From Pyrinomonadaceae bacterium (lineage in GTDB: Bacteria; Acidobacteriota; Blastocatellia; Pyrinomonadales; Pyrinomonadaceae): a DNA stretch of 64,000 nt. This document shows positions 50,122-59,573 of this stretch, in pieces (within the stretch, counting starts at the first letter, position 1; every line of letters starts with the position of its first letter). The stretch is from contig JBKBYA010000002.1 in assembly GCA_046313635.1 (NCBI GenBank), positions 224,001 to 288,000 on the forward strand. The letters run 5' to 3'. Both the position numbers and the translations under genes were made by a program. The notes below the pieces were generated by a model that saw nothing but the letters and a program-made list of their open reading frames with translations, was not told the origin of the DNA and did no database searches.

Positions 50122-51654
50122 ATGCTGTCTGGTTACTCGTTTAATCGCGTCCGCGGCGCGATCGTCGTCGCGATCACTCTTGTCTTTCTCGCACGTGCGG
50201 CATCTGCTCAGGAGGCCGCGTCAGCGGAACCGAAACCGATGTCGCTCGACGAGATCACGTCGGCACTGCGATCCAGCAAACTGGCGTCGGCGACCACGAA
50301 CCGGGCCCTGATCAAACAGATCGAGCAGCGAGGCGTCGCTTTCGAATTCACGCCGGAAATAGAGAGAGTCTTGACCCAGGATGGAGCGTCCGCCGAACTG
50401 ATCGTCGGCATCCGCGAATGGCTGTGCGAAAAGTACGCCACCCTAGCCCGCGAATGCCGGGACGGCGATCATGACTGCAGACTAATGAACTACGCCAAGG
50501 CGATCGAGGTCGATCCGCTCGACGCCGCGCGGTATGACGACCGCGGCAGCGTCTACGTGGACAAGGGCGACTTCGACGCCGCGATCGCCGATTTCACAAA
50601 AGCCATCGAGCTGGTGCCGACCTACGCCGTCGCGTACGCGAGCCGAGGCGACGTGTATCTCAGGATGGACAAGCCAAACCTCGCCCTGAAAGACTTTGAT
50701 CGGGCCGTCGAACTTGATCCAAAGGAGCCGATCTACGTTTTTAACCGGGCGGTCGCCCACAACAACGCCGGCAACTACACGGCCTCGATCGCCGATTACA
50801 ACAAGTACATTCTCATCAAGCGTGACGACCCTGACGCCTATATCAACCGCGGCCAGAATTTTTACGCACTCGACGATCACAACGCAGCGATACGCGACTT
50901 CACGAGGGCGCTTACTCTCGATCCGAAGAACGTTCGCGCTTTGATCGGTCGCGGTGATAGCTATACCGCGGCCGGGAGATTCGACCTGGCGATCAGAGAT
51001 TTCAGCCGAGTCCTCGAGCTAGACAAAAAGAACTCTCAGGCCTATCGCAGCCGCGGGTGGGCCTACTTCAAATTGAACGCTCTCGATAAGGCAATGGCCG
51101 ATTACGCGTTGGCGATAAACGCCGACCCCAGAGACGCTGACAACTACGTTAATCGGGGGCTGGCCTTTCGAGAAAAGAAGAACGCGAAAGCTGCGATCCA
51201 GGACCTTTCAAAGGCGATCGAGATCGACCCGAAGAATTCCATCGCTTATTACTTCCGCGGTCAGATCAACGCCGAGCGCCAAGAGTACCTCGCTGCGATA
51301 GAGGACCTTTCAAAAGCGATCGAGCTGAACGATCGTGACCCCGATTACTATTTTGAACGCGGCGGGGTCTTTCTGGAAATAGGTGATCACGATAAGGCTC
51401 TCAGCGACTACGGCAGGGTAATTGAACTGTCACCAAAGACGGCGGCTGCTTATGTCAATCGCGGTGTTATTTACCTGCGGATGGGTAAACACGAGCAATC
51501 GATAGCAGACGCCACCACCGCGATCAAACTCGACCCGAGCGACCCTACGGCCTACGAGAATCGGGCCTTGTCATTTGAGGCGCTCGGCGATTCAAAGAGG
51601 GCCGATGCCGATCGGAGAAAAGCAGCACTGCTGGAGAAGGCTAAAAAGTCCTAG
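50122..51654 (+). CDS. Exported tetratricopeptide-repeat protein
   Basis: ATG 50122 after AAGGA; signal peptide; about eleven tandem TPRs. Confidence 0.85.
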   Translation: MLSGYSFNRVRGAIVVAITLVFLARAASAQEAASAEPKPMSLDEITSALRSSKLASATTNRALIKQIEQRGVAFEFTPEIERVLTQDGASAELIVGIREWLCEKYATLARECRDGDHDCRLMNYAKAIEVDPLDAARYDDRGSVYVDKGDFDAAIADFTKAIELVPTYAVAYASRGDVYLRMDKPNLALKDFDRAVELDPKEPIYVFNRAVAHNNAGNYTASIADYNKYILIKRDDPDAYINRGQNFYALDDHNAAIRDFTRALTLDPKNVRALIGRGDSYTAAGRFDLAIRDFSRVLELDKKNSQAYRSRGWAYFKLNALDKAMADYALAINADPRDADNYVNRGLAFREKKNAKAAIQDLSKAIEIDPKNSIAYYFRGQINAERQEYLAAIEDLSKAIELNDRDPDYYFERGGVFLEIGDHDKALSDYGRVIELSPKTAAAYVNRGVIYLRMGKHEQSIADATTAIKLDPSDPTAYENRALSFEALGDSKRADADRRKAALLEKAKKS

Positions 51655-51659
51655 ACCAG

Positions 51660-53003
51660 CTACGCCAGCATCATCGCGGGCTGCTCGAGCATTTGTTTGA
51701 AGGTCTGAAGGAACTTCGCACCGGTCGCTCCGTCGACGACGCGGTGGTCACACGACATCGTGACGTTCATCATTGTGCGGACGACGATCTGGCCGTCGCG
51801 GACGACGGGCGTCTCGTTCGCCGCGCCGACGGCGAGGATGCCGGCCTCGGGCGGATTGATGATCGCCGTGAACTCCTTGATGCCGAACATACCGAGATTC
51901 GAGATCGAGAATGTCGCACCGGTGTACTGCTCGGGCTGCAGCTTTTTAGTACGGGCCTTGGCGGCGAGGTCCTTGATCTCGGCCGAGATCTCGACAAAGC
52001 CTTTCTTGTCCGCACCGCGAACGACCGGCGTGATCAGGCCTTCGTCGATCGCAACGGCGACGCCGATATCTGCCTGCTCGTAGAATCGGATCGACTTGTC
52101 CTGATACGAAGCGTTGACGAAAGGATGCTTGCGCAGAGCCATCGCTGCAGCTTTTACGATGATGTCGTTGACGCTGATCTTTTGCTCCTCGGCGACGCTT
52201 GCATTGACCGCTTTGCGCAGCGCGAGAACGTTGTCCATTTCGATCTCGACCGTCAGGTAGAAGGTCGGGACCGGGCCGATCGATTCGGCCAGACGCGTCG
52301 CGATCACGCGGCGCATCTGCGAGGTCGGCTCATCTCGAAACGGCGAAGCCCCGACAACGGTCGACGGCGTAAATTGTTTCTGCTGCTCGCTGACCGCTGA
52401 CCGCTGACCGCCCGCCAGCGCCTGCTCAATATCGCGTTTGATGATGCGGCCGTTCGGGCCCGATCCGCTGATAGAGCGAAGGTCGATTCCGTTATCCGCG
52501 GCCATCCGAGCGGCGATCGGCGAGACGATCAATCGACCGCCGTTCGATTGCGGATTTCGGATTTCGGATCTCGAATTTGTTTGGCTGACGGGACTCGCCG
52601 CCGGAGCGGTGGTCGTGGGCGAGGTCTGCTTGAGCTCAAGCTCCTCCGGGCGATCGATCTCGGTCGGGGCGGTCGGCTGATCGTCGGTCTTGGACGCGGC
52701 GGGAGCAGATGCATTTGTTCCGCCGTTCGCCGACACTTCGGCCAGCAGCGCGGAGATGTCCTCGCCCGCATTGCCGATGATCGCGATCGGCTCGCCGAGC
52801 GCGGCCGACTCGCCGGCCTGCTTGAGGATCTTGAGCAGAGTGCCGCCCGAGAGCGCCGTCATCTCCATCGTCGCCTTGTCGGTGTCGACCTCGGCGAGCG
52901 TTTCGTTTGCGTCAAACTTGTCGCCCTCGTTCTTGACCCAGCGAGAGATCTGACCCTCTTCCATCGTGGGCGAAAGCTTCGGCATTAAGAATTTTTCAGC
53001 CAT
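51660..53003 (-). CDS. pdhC: Pyruvate dehydrogenase E2, dihydrolipoamide acetyltransferase
   Basis: Lipoyl domain MPKLSPTMEEG...EVDTDKATME, E3-binding SPIAARMA...GSGPNGRI, catalytic SCDHRVVDGA. Confidence 0.93.
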   Translation of the reverse strand: MAEKFLMPKLSPTMEEGQISRWVKNEGDKFDANETLAEVDTDKATMEMTALSGGTLLKILKQAGESAALGEPIAIIGNAGEDISALLAEVSANGGTNASAPAASKTDDQPTAPTEIDRPEELELKQTSPTTTAPAASPVSQTNSRSEIRNPQSNGGRLIVSPIAARMAADNGIDLRSISGSGPNGRIIKRDIEQALAGGQRSAVSEQQKQFTPSTVVGASPFRDEPTSQMRRVIATRLAESIGPVPTFYLTVEIEMDNVLALRKAVNASVAEEQKISVNDIIVKAAAMALRKHPFVNASYQDKSIRFYEQADIGVAVAIDEGLITPVVRGADKKGFVEISAEIKDLAAKARTKKLQPEQYTGATFSISNLGMFGIKEFTAIINPPEAGILAVGAANETPVVRDGQIVVRTMMNVTMSCDHRVVDGATGAKFLQTFKQMLEQPAMMLA

Positions 53004-53008
53004 ATCTC

Positions 53009-53101
53009 GGAACGCGGACGCCCTCGTCCGCATTTGTGAATCAAATCTGGAACACGCATTACGCCCCGGAGAGGCGTTGCGGACGAGGGCGTCCGCGTTC
53101 C
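53009..53101. repeat. REPIN-like element: perfect 24-bp inverted repeat, each arm itself a hairpin
   Basis: ggaacgcggacgccctcgtccgca (53009-53032) and its exact reverse complement (53078-53101); internal stem gcggacg / cgtccgc. Confidence 0.8.
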
Positions 53102-53102
53102 A

Positions 53103-54086
53103 TCACAGGTAACAAACTTCCTTGACCGCCGCGACGATCTTTGCGACGTCGGGCAGGGCGGCCGCTTCGAGATTTTTGGCGTACGGCATCGGGGCCTCGA
53201 CGGTCGAGATGCGTTTGATCGGAGCGTCGAGATGGTCAAAGGCGTGTTCCATCACCTGGTACGCTACCTCGGCGCCGACGCTCGCGAACGAATGCGACTC
53301 CTCGGCGATGACGAGGCGATTGGTCTTTTTGACCGACGCCGCGATCGTCTCGATGTCGAGCGGCTTGATCGTTCGCGGATCGACGACCTCGACCGAAACG
53401 TCGAACTCCTTTTGGATCTGCTCGGCCGCCTGCAGAGCGAGCGGCACGGTCATCGAACGCGCGACGATCGTGCAGTCGGTGCCTTCGCGTTTGACGTCGG
53501 CGACGCCGAGCGGGATCGTGAAGTCTTCGTCCTCGGGCACCTCGCCCTTGAGTCCGTACATCCGCTCCTGCTCCATAAAGATCACTGGATTGTCGTCGCG
53601 GATCGCGGACTTCAGCAGGCCCTTTGCGTCGGCGGCGGTCGACGGCATCACGACCTTGAGGCCGGGGAAGTTTGCGTACATCGCCTCGAGCGCCTGCGAG
53701 TGCTGCGACGAGACCTGATAGGCCGAGCCGTTCGGGCCGCGAAATACCACCGGCACCTTGAACTCGCCGCCCGACATATACAGCATCTTCGCCGCGTGAT
53801 TGATGATCTGGTCGGCCGCAAGGATCGAGAAGTTAAAGGTCATGAACTCGATCACCGGCCGCAGGCCCGCCATCGCCGCGCCGACGCCGATCGCCGCAAA
53901 GCCGAGCTCGGTGATCGGAGTATCGACGACGCGCTTGTCGCCAAACTCCTTCCAGAGCCCGCGCGTGACCTTGTAGGCGCCGTCGTACTCGGCGACCTCC
54001 TCGCCCATGATGAAGACGTTCTCGTCTCGAATAAGTTCTTCGCGCAGCGCCTGATTGAGTGCGTCGCGGATGGTCAGTAATGCCAT
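53103..54086 (-). CDS. pdhB: Pyruvate dehydrogenase E1 beta subunit
   Basis: GEEVAEYDGAYKVTRGL, DTPITELGF, EFMTFNF, VFRGPNG, QHSQ. Confidence 0.95.
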   Translation of the reverse strand: MALLTIRDALNQALREELIRDENVFIMGEEVAEYDGAYKVTRGLWKEFGDKRVVDTPITELGFAAIGVGAAMAGLRPVIEFMTFNFSILAADQIINHAAKMLYMSGGEFKVPVVFRGPNGSAYQVSSQHSQALEAMYANFPGLKVVMPSTAADAKGLLKSAIRDDNPVIFMEQERMYGLKGEVPEDEDFTIPLGVADVKREGTDCTIVARSMTVPLALQAAEQIQKEFDVSVEVVDPRTIKPLDIETIAASVKKTNRLVIAEESHSFASVGAEVAYQVMEHAFDHLDAPIKRISTVEAPMPYAKNLEAAALPDVAKIVAAVKEVCYL

Positions 54087-54122
54087 AGTGTTCAGTGGTC
54101 GGTGGTCAGGACTCCGAAGCCG

Positions 54123-55250
54123 TTATGCCAATACGTCGGTCAAAAGCTCGCTCTCCGGCGGCAGCGGGCTCTCCTCAGCGAACTTGATCGCGGCCTCGAC
54201 CGCTTCGCGAGCGCGCTGCTCGATCGCTTGGTAATCTTTGTCGGTCAGCACCCTTGCCTCTTTTAACGTCTCGCGGAAGAGGACGATCGGATCGCGCTCC
54301 TGGTACTTTGCGATCTCCTCGCGCGTGCGGTAGTTGCCCGGGTCTGACATCGAGTGGCCCATATATCGATAGGCCCGCACCTCGAGAAGTGTCGGGAGCG
54401 ACTCGTTGCGAGCACGTTCGATCGCACGCTGTGTCGCCTCGCGGACGGCCATCACGTCCATGCCGTCGACGAATTCGTTTGCGACGCCGTACGCATCGCC
54501 TTTCTTGGCGATGCTCGCGATGCTCATCGCGCGGGCCTGCGACGTGCCCATTCCGTATTTGTTGTTCTCGCAGATGTAGATGACCGGGAGCTTCCAGAGC
54601 TGGGCCATGTTGAGCGACTCGTGGAATATTCCCTGGTTGACGGCGGCCTCGCCAAAGAAGCAGAGCGTGACCTGGCCGGTGCCTTTGTACTTTGCGGCGT
54701 AGGCCATCCCGGTCGCGACGCCGATCTGGCCGCCGACGATGCCGTGGCCGCCAAAGAACTCGAGCTCGCGCGAGAACATATGCATCGAGCCGCCCTTGCC
54801 CTTAACGCAGCCGCCGATCTTGCCGTACAGCTCGGCCATCACCGACTCGGGCGTCATCCCTTTGACCATCGCCTGGACGTGGTCGCGGTACGAAGTAATG
54901 ACCATGTCCTTGGGCTCGAGCGCCATGATCGAGCCGACGCCGATCGCCTCCTGCCCGATGTAGAGATGGCAGAAACCGCCGATCTTGCCCATGCGATAGA
55001 CCTCGGCAGATCTCTCCTCAAAGTGGCGGCCAAGGACCATCTGATAAAGCATCTCGCGCAGAAGGCCGCGGTCGAGCTTCTTTATCGATTCGAGCTGGGA
55101 CTTGCGGCGTTTGAGATATTCGGTATGAGCGAGTTTGAGGATCTCGTCGTCGGGGCTGGAGCCGGCTCCGTTCGTGGTTCCCGGGGCCGCGATCTCGTTT
55201 CGCGACGCGGCCTTTTTTTCTGTCTTAGTGCGGGTTGCTGTCTTTGGCAA
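54123..55250 (-). CDS. pdhA: Pyruvate dehydrogenase E1 alpha subunit
   Basis: GFCHLYIGQEA, GKGGSMH, FGEAAVNQG...CENN (TPP motif), YRYMGHSMSDP; TTG start after GGAGG. Confidence 0.95.
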   Translation of the reverse strand: MPKTATRTKTEKKAASRNEIAAPGTTNGAGSSPDDEILKLAHTEYLKRRKSQLESIKKLDRGLLREMLYQMVLGRHFEERSAEVYRMGKIGGFCHLYIGQEAIGVGSIMALEPKDMVITSYRDHVQAMVKGMTPESVMAELYGKIGGCVKGKGGSMHMFSRELEFFGGHGIVGGQIGVATGMAYAAKYKGTGQVTLCFFGEAAVNQGIFHESLNMAQLWKLPVIYICENNKYGMGTSQARAMSIASIAKKGDAYGVANEFVDGMDVMAVREATQRAIERARNESLPTLLEVRAYRYMGHSMSDPGNYRTREEIAKYQERDPIVLFRETLKEARVLTDKDYQAIEQRAREAVEAAIKFAEESPLPPESELLTDVLA

Positions 55251-55399
55251 AATAAAACCTCCGCCGTTGATCTCGGCTTAATTCTGCAGGCGTCTGCGAA
55301 ACAAGAATTATAAGTGACCGTCGAGGCCTTAGGCAAAACGCCGCGTTTTTTGACCCGTTGGCCAAATCATCGGGTAGATAATAAGATTGCTCATAGCCG

Positions 55400-57343
55400 A
55401 TGCGACCTTTCCTCGACAAGCCGTACTTATTGCTGCTCATCCCGGTCCTGCTCTTAACGGCGTCGATCACGAACGCGCAGGAGCAGCCGACGCGCTGGTC
55501 TCTCGACGCGGGCACCAAGCGCGCAGAGCTCAAGCAAGGCGACCGCTTTGCGGCGCGAGTCATCGCCGAGGTCGACGCGGGCTGGCATCTCTACGCGCTC
55601 GATCAGCCGAGCGGCGGGCCGATCGCGACGACGATCAAGGTAAGCGAAGGGAAGCCTTTTGAGATCACCGGCCCGATCACGCCGACCACAGCTCCGACAT
55701 CGCAGCCCGACCCGAATTTCGTCGTCGACGGCAAGCCTCTCGAGACCAAGTATTTCGAGAATAGGGCCGAGTTTCGCGTACCGTTACGGGCCTTGGCCGA
55801 CTCGGCCGCGGCCGACTTGTCGTTTGACGTGCGCTTCCAGCTCTGCAACGACCGGTTTTGCCTGCCGCCTCGAACCGTTCGCGTGACGCCGACGGGCTTT
55901 GAACTTGTCAAAAAGCTCGGGTCCTCGACCTCGCAGACGGACGACCCGACCCCGGATCGACAGGACGCCGTCAGCGGGCCGCAGCTCGTGACGCGTAATT
56001 TCGACACGGACCTCTGGTCGTTCATCTGGCTCGCCGCGACGCTCGGGGCACTGTCGCTTTTGACGCCGTGCGTCTTTCCGATGATCCCGATCACGGTCTC
56101 GTACTTTACAAACCACTCGTCGGGCCATCGATCAAAGGCCGTCAGGCTCGCGACGGTTTACTCGCTCGGCATCATCGCGACATTTACGCTGCTCGGGATG
56201 CTGCTCGCAATATTCGTCGGTGCGGCAGGCGTCAATCTCTTTGCGGCAAATCCGTGGGTCAACCTGCTGATCACGGCGATCTTTTTGCTGTTTGCGTTCA
56301 ATCTTTTTGGGGCGTACGAGATAAACGTGCCGACCGGCCTGCTCACGGCGCTCGACCGCGCGACGCGCTCGGTCGAGGGCGAGGGCAGCGGCCTCGTCGG
56401 AGCGCTGCTGATGGGCCTCACCTTCACGCTGACGTCATTCACCTGCACGTCGCCTTTTGTCGGTACGATCCTCGTCTCTGCGTCGCAGGGCGACTGGCAG
56501 ATGCCGCTCGTCGGTATGCTCGCCTTTTCGACCGTTTTCGCTCTGCCGTTCTTCGTTCTCGCGCTCGTGCCGCAGATGGTCGCGCAGCTGCCGCGTGCGG
56601 GCGGCTGGATGAATTCGGTCAAGGTCACGATGGGATTTCTCGAGATCGCCGCGGCGATGAAGTTCCTCTCGAATGTCGACCTCGTTTGGAAGTGGGGGAT
56701 CTTTACACGCAGCGCGGTGCTCGCGATCTGGATCTCGATCGGCGTGATCCTCTCGCTTTACCTGCTCGGCAGGTTTCAGCTCTCGCTCGATTCAAAACCC
56801 GAGCGGATCGGTGCGGTCCGTCTTGTCTCGGCGATACTCAGTTTGGCGGTCAGCTTCTATCTGCTCACAGGCCTCTTTGGCGCCAAGCTCGGCGAGCTCG
56901 AGGCATTTTTGCCGCCGGACCTTAACGCCTCCGCCGGCGGCCGCACGGGCGGCGATGCCGGCGAAAAGAATTGGATCGTCAACGACTACAACGCCGCACT
57001 CGAACGGGCGCGGGCCGAGAACAAAAAGGTCTTTGTCGATTTCACGGGCTATACCTGCACAAACTGCCGCTGGATGGAGGCCAACATCTTCCCGCGTCCG
57101 GAGGTCGCGGCCGAGCTCGACAAGTTTGTCCTCGCACGTCTTTACACCGACGGCGAGGGTGAAGTATACGAGAGGCAGCAGCGTATGGAAGAAGAAATGT
57201 TCGGCACGGTCGCGCTGCCCTTTTATGCGGTCGTCGACTCAAGCGGAACGGCCGTCGGCACGTTCCCGGGCCTGACGCGCGACGCGGCGGAATTCGTCGA
57301 TTTTCTCCAACGGGCCGGCAGCGGACCGTCAAACAAAAAGTGA
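55400..57343 (+). CDS. dsbD: Thiol:disulfide interchange protein DsbD
   Basis: N-domain GWHLY...QLCNDRFCLPP, TM domain LTPCVFPMIP and FTCTSPF, C-terminal thioredoxin DFTGYTCTNC. Confidence 0.92.
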   Translation: MRPFLDKPYLLLLIPVLLLTASITNAQEQPTRWSLDAGTKRAELKQGDRFAARVIAEVDAGWHLYALDQPSGGPIATTIKVSEGKPFEITGPITPTTAPTSQPDPNFVVDGKPLETKYFENRAEFRVPLRALADSAAADLSFDVRFQLCNDRFCLPPRTVRVTPTGFELVKKLGSSTSQTDDPTPDRQDAVSGPQLVTRNFDTDLWSFIWLAATLGALSLLTPCVFPMIPITVSYFTNHSSGHRSKAVRLATVYSLGIIATFTLLGMLLAIFVGAAGVNLFAANPWVNLLITAIFLLFAFNLFGAYEINVPTGLLTALDRATRSVEGEGSGLVGALLMGLTFTLTSFTCTSPFVGTILVSASQGDWQMPLVGMLAFSTVFALPFFVLALVPQMVAQLPRAGGWMNSVKVTMGFLEIAAAMKFLSNVDLVWKWGIFTRSAVLAIWISIGVILSLYLLGRFQLSLDSKPERIGAVRLVSAILSLAVSFYLLTGLFGAKLGELEAFLPPDLNASAGGRTGGDAGEKNWIVNDYNAALERARAENKKVFVDFTGYTCTNCRWMEANIFPRPEVAAELDKFVLARLYTDGEGEVYERQQRMEEEMFGTVALPFYAVVDSSGTAVGTFPGLTRDAAEFVDFLQRAGSGPSNKK

Positions 57344-57915
57344 AAAGCGTACCTATCAAGAACCTCATCGCAGGACTCCGCGAGATCCCGGAGGCCGACT
57401 TCACCTGCGACAACGTTTACGGCTACCTGGCAAGTCATCCCGTCGAGGTCGACTCCATCACGCGATACATCCACTGGAGCGACCGCTTTTACACACGCAA
57501 TCTGGTTTACAAGGACACGCGTTTCGAGCTGCTCGCCATCTGCTGGGAGCGCGGTCAGGTCTCGCGCGTGCACAACCACGCCGATCAAAAATGCTGGATG
57601 ACCGTCCCGGTCGGCCGGCTCAGAGGTCAGAATTTCGCCGTCGAGGAGATAGACGAGTCGCGCGGCTACTGTAAGCTGGTCGAGACCGACGCCTTCGAGC
57701 TCTCGGAATGTCTCGCGGCCAAGGTCGAGCTCGAGCAGCCGATCCACCAGATCCTCAACCTTCCGGAGTTCGACGAGCGGGCCGTCAGCATCCACATTTA
57801 TTCCAAGCCGTTCGACACGTGCCTCTCCTATTGCCGCGACACCGACACTTTTAAGGAAGTTAAGCTCTGCTACACGAGCATAGACGGCCGCGTTTGCGAC
57901 GGCATCGTCCTGTAG
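57340..57915 (+). CDS. Cysteine dioxygenase family protein
   Basis: YTRNLV, LAICW, HNH...C, IHQI, SIHIYS; GTG start overlaps the dsbD stop (GTGA). Confidence 0.85.
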   Translation: MKSVPIKNLIAGLREIPEADFTCDNVYGYLASHPVEVDSITRYIHWSDRFYTRNLVYKDTRFELLAICWERGQVSRVHNHADQKCWMTVPVGRLRGQNFAVEEIDESRGYCKLVETDAFELSECLAAKVELEQPIHQILNLPEFDERAVSIHIYSKPFDTCLSYCRDTDTFKEVKLCYTSIDGRVCDGIVL

Positions 57916-57978
57916 AGACACCGAACGCGCGGCGAGCGGCTGCACACTTTATTCCCCCACAGCGAATTACTCTTGACG

Positions 57979-59565
57979 ATGTCCGACAGCGGCGGCACTG
58001 CTACGCGGATCAGGGATTGGCACGTCGTGCCGGGCTCGATCTTTCTGCTTTATTTCCTCGTCCGCTTTTGGCGGCTCGACGAGGCGTGTCTCTGGTTTGA
58101 CGAGATATTCGGGCTCGACGCCGCGGCGAGGTCTTGGGGCGAGATGCTCCGCTTTATCGCGCTCGATCTCGTCCATCCGCCGCTCTTCTACATTCTGCTG
58201 AAGCTGTGGGTCGGTATCGGCGGCGAGTCGGTCGCGTGGGTCCGGCTGCTTCCTTTCGTTCTTTCACTGCTGGCCGTCATTCCGATACTGCAGCTATGCC
58301 GCGAACTTAAACTCTCGCGGCTCGCGACCGTCGTCGCCTTTGCGGCCTTTGCCGTCAACGGCTCGCTCATCAAGTACGCGCAGGAGGTGCGGATGTACAG
58401 CCTGACGCTGCTGCTCGCGGCGCTGTCGTATTGGCTGTTTGCCCGCTTCTTTTTTCGCGGCAAGAACATCTGGCTCCTCACCGCGGTCAACGTTCTGCTC
58501 GTCTACACGCATTACTTCGGCTGGTTTGTCGTGCTGAGCGAGGCGCTGACGATCGCGCTTCTTCAAAGGATCAAGATCGGAAAGTTCCTGACGTCGGCGG
58601 CGATCACGCTGCTGGCATTTTTGCCGTGGACCTGGGCGATATGGCGTGCCGCCTCGACGGTCGACGTCGCCGCGTCGGCCTCGCAGAATATCGGTTGGAT
58701 CGACCGGCCGGGGATCGTCCAACTGTTCGATCTAGCGTTCGATCTGATCGAGCCGTTTTACTTTCAACAAAGCAGCAGCGACGCATCGACGCTCATCTTC
58801 ATCACCGCACCGCTGCTGATCATCCTCGCCGCTGCAAAGCTGATATACCTCCGTCGGCTGGCAGCGTCGGCCGACCGGACGGTCTTTTGCTTTTTGGCGA
58901 TCGTCGCCGTTACGCCGGTCGCGGCGGCCTTCGCGATCAGTTGGCTCGCGCCGCATTCGATCTGGGGCACACGCCACCTGACGGCGGCATTCATTCCGAT
59001 CACGATACTCGCGGCCATCTTCTTGACCGAGATCGGAGATCGCTGGATCAGACGTTTGCTGCTTTACACGGCCGCGCTGCTTGCGGCGGGATCATTCGCC
59101 GTCTACGCGGCCGCGCCGCGCGAGATGAATGTGTGGTGCGCGTGGGAGAGCCTTGCCGTCGAGGCAAGGAGCGACGCGGTCAGCCCCGAGCGGGTGCCCG
59201 TGCTTACCTTTGAAGACCTGGTCGCTTATCACTTTTGGTTTGCGCTGAGAGATGATCCTTCTTTGCAGGTCGTGCGCGTGCGCGGCGCGGCGGGCGTTGT
59301 CGAAGACGCCGCCTACTTCCTGCCGAGAGACGCGGAGGGCGTATCCGCCCTCGACGCCTCGGCAGTCTCCGGCTCACCGATCTTTGCCGCGTTTCGACTA
59401 ACGAGAAATGGGCCGGGCAGGGAAGCCGTCGACCCGTCACAGCGAGAGCCGCTGGCCGGCCTCGTACAGCGCGGCTACACGGTCGAATACGTCCGGAGCA
59501 TCGACGCTGCGGGACAGACCGCGTATCTGGCCAAGCTCGTTATGAGGGCGGGCGGAGGCAGATAG
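57979..59565 (+). CDS. GT-C fold membrane glycosyltransferase (GT39/PMT-like)
   Basis: LWFDE, VHPPLFYILL, YAQEVRMYSL, YTHYFG; multiple TM helices. Confidence 0.8.
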   Translation: MSDSGGTATRIRDWHVVPGSIFLLYFLVRFWRLDEACLWFDEIFGLDAAARSWGEMLRFIALDLVHPPLFYILLKLWVGIGGESVAWVRLLPFVLSLLAVIPILQLCRELKLSRLATVVAFAAFAVNGSLIKYAQEVRMYSLTLLLAALSYWLFARFFFRGKNIWLLTAVNVLLVYTHYFGWFVVLSEALTIALLQRIKIGKFLTSAAITLLAFLPWTWAIWRAASTVDVAASASQNIGWIDRPGIVQLFDLAFDLIEPFYFQQSSSDASTLIFITAPLLIILAAAKLIYLRRLAASADRTVFCFLAIVAVTPVAAAFAISWLAPHSIWGTRHLTAAFIPITILAAIFLTEIGDRWIRRLLLYTAALLAAGSFAVYAAAPREMNVWCAWESLAVEARSDAVSPERVPVLTFEDLVAYHFWFALRDDPSLQVVRVRGAAGVVEDAAYFLPRDAEGVSALDASAVSGSPIFAAFRLTRNGPGREAVDPSQREPLAGLVQRGYTVEYVRSIDAAGQTAYLAKLVMRAGGGR

Positions 59566-59573
59566 CGGGGCAC

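Noticed and set aside
51660..55250. pdh cluster lacks the E3 (lpdA) gene
   Set aside because: E3 is commonly encoded elsewhere and shared among 2-oxoacid dehydrogenases.
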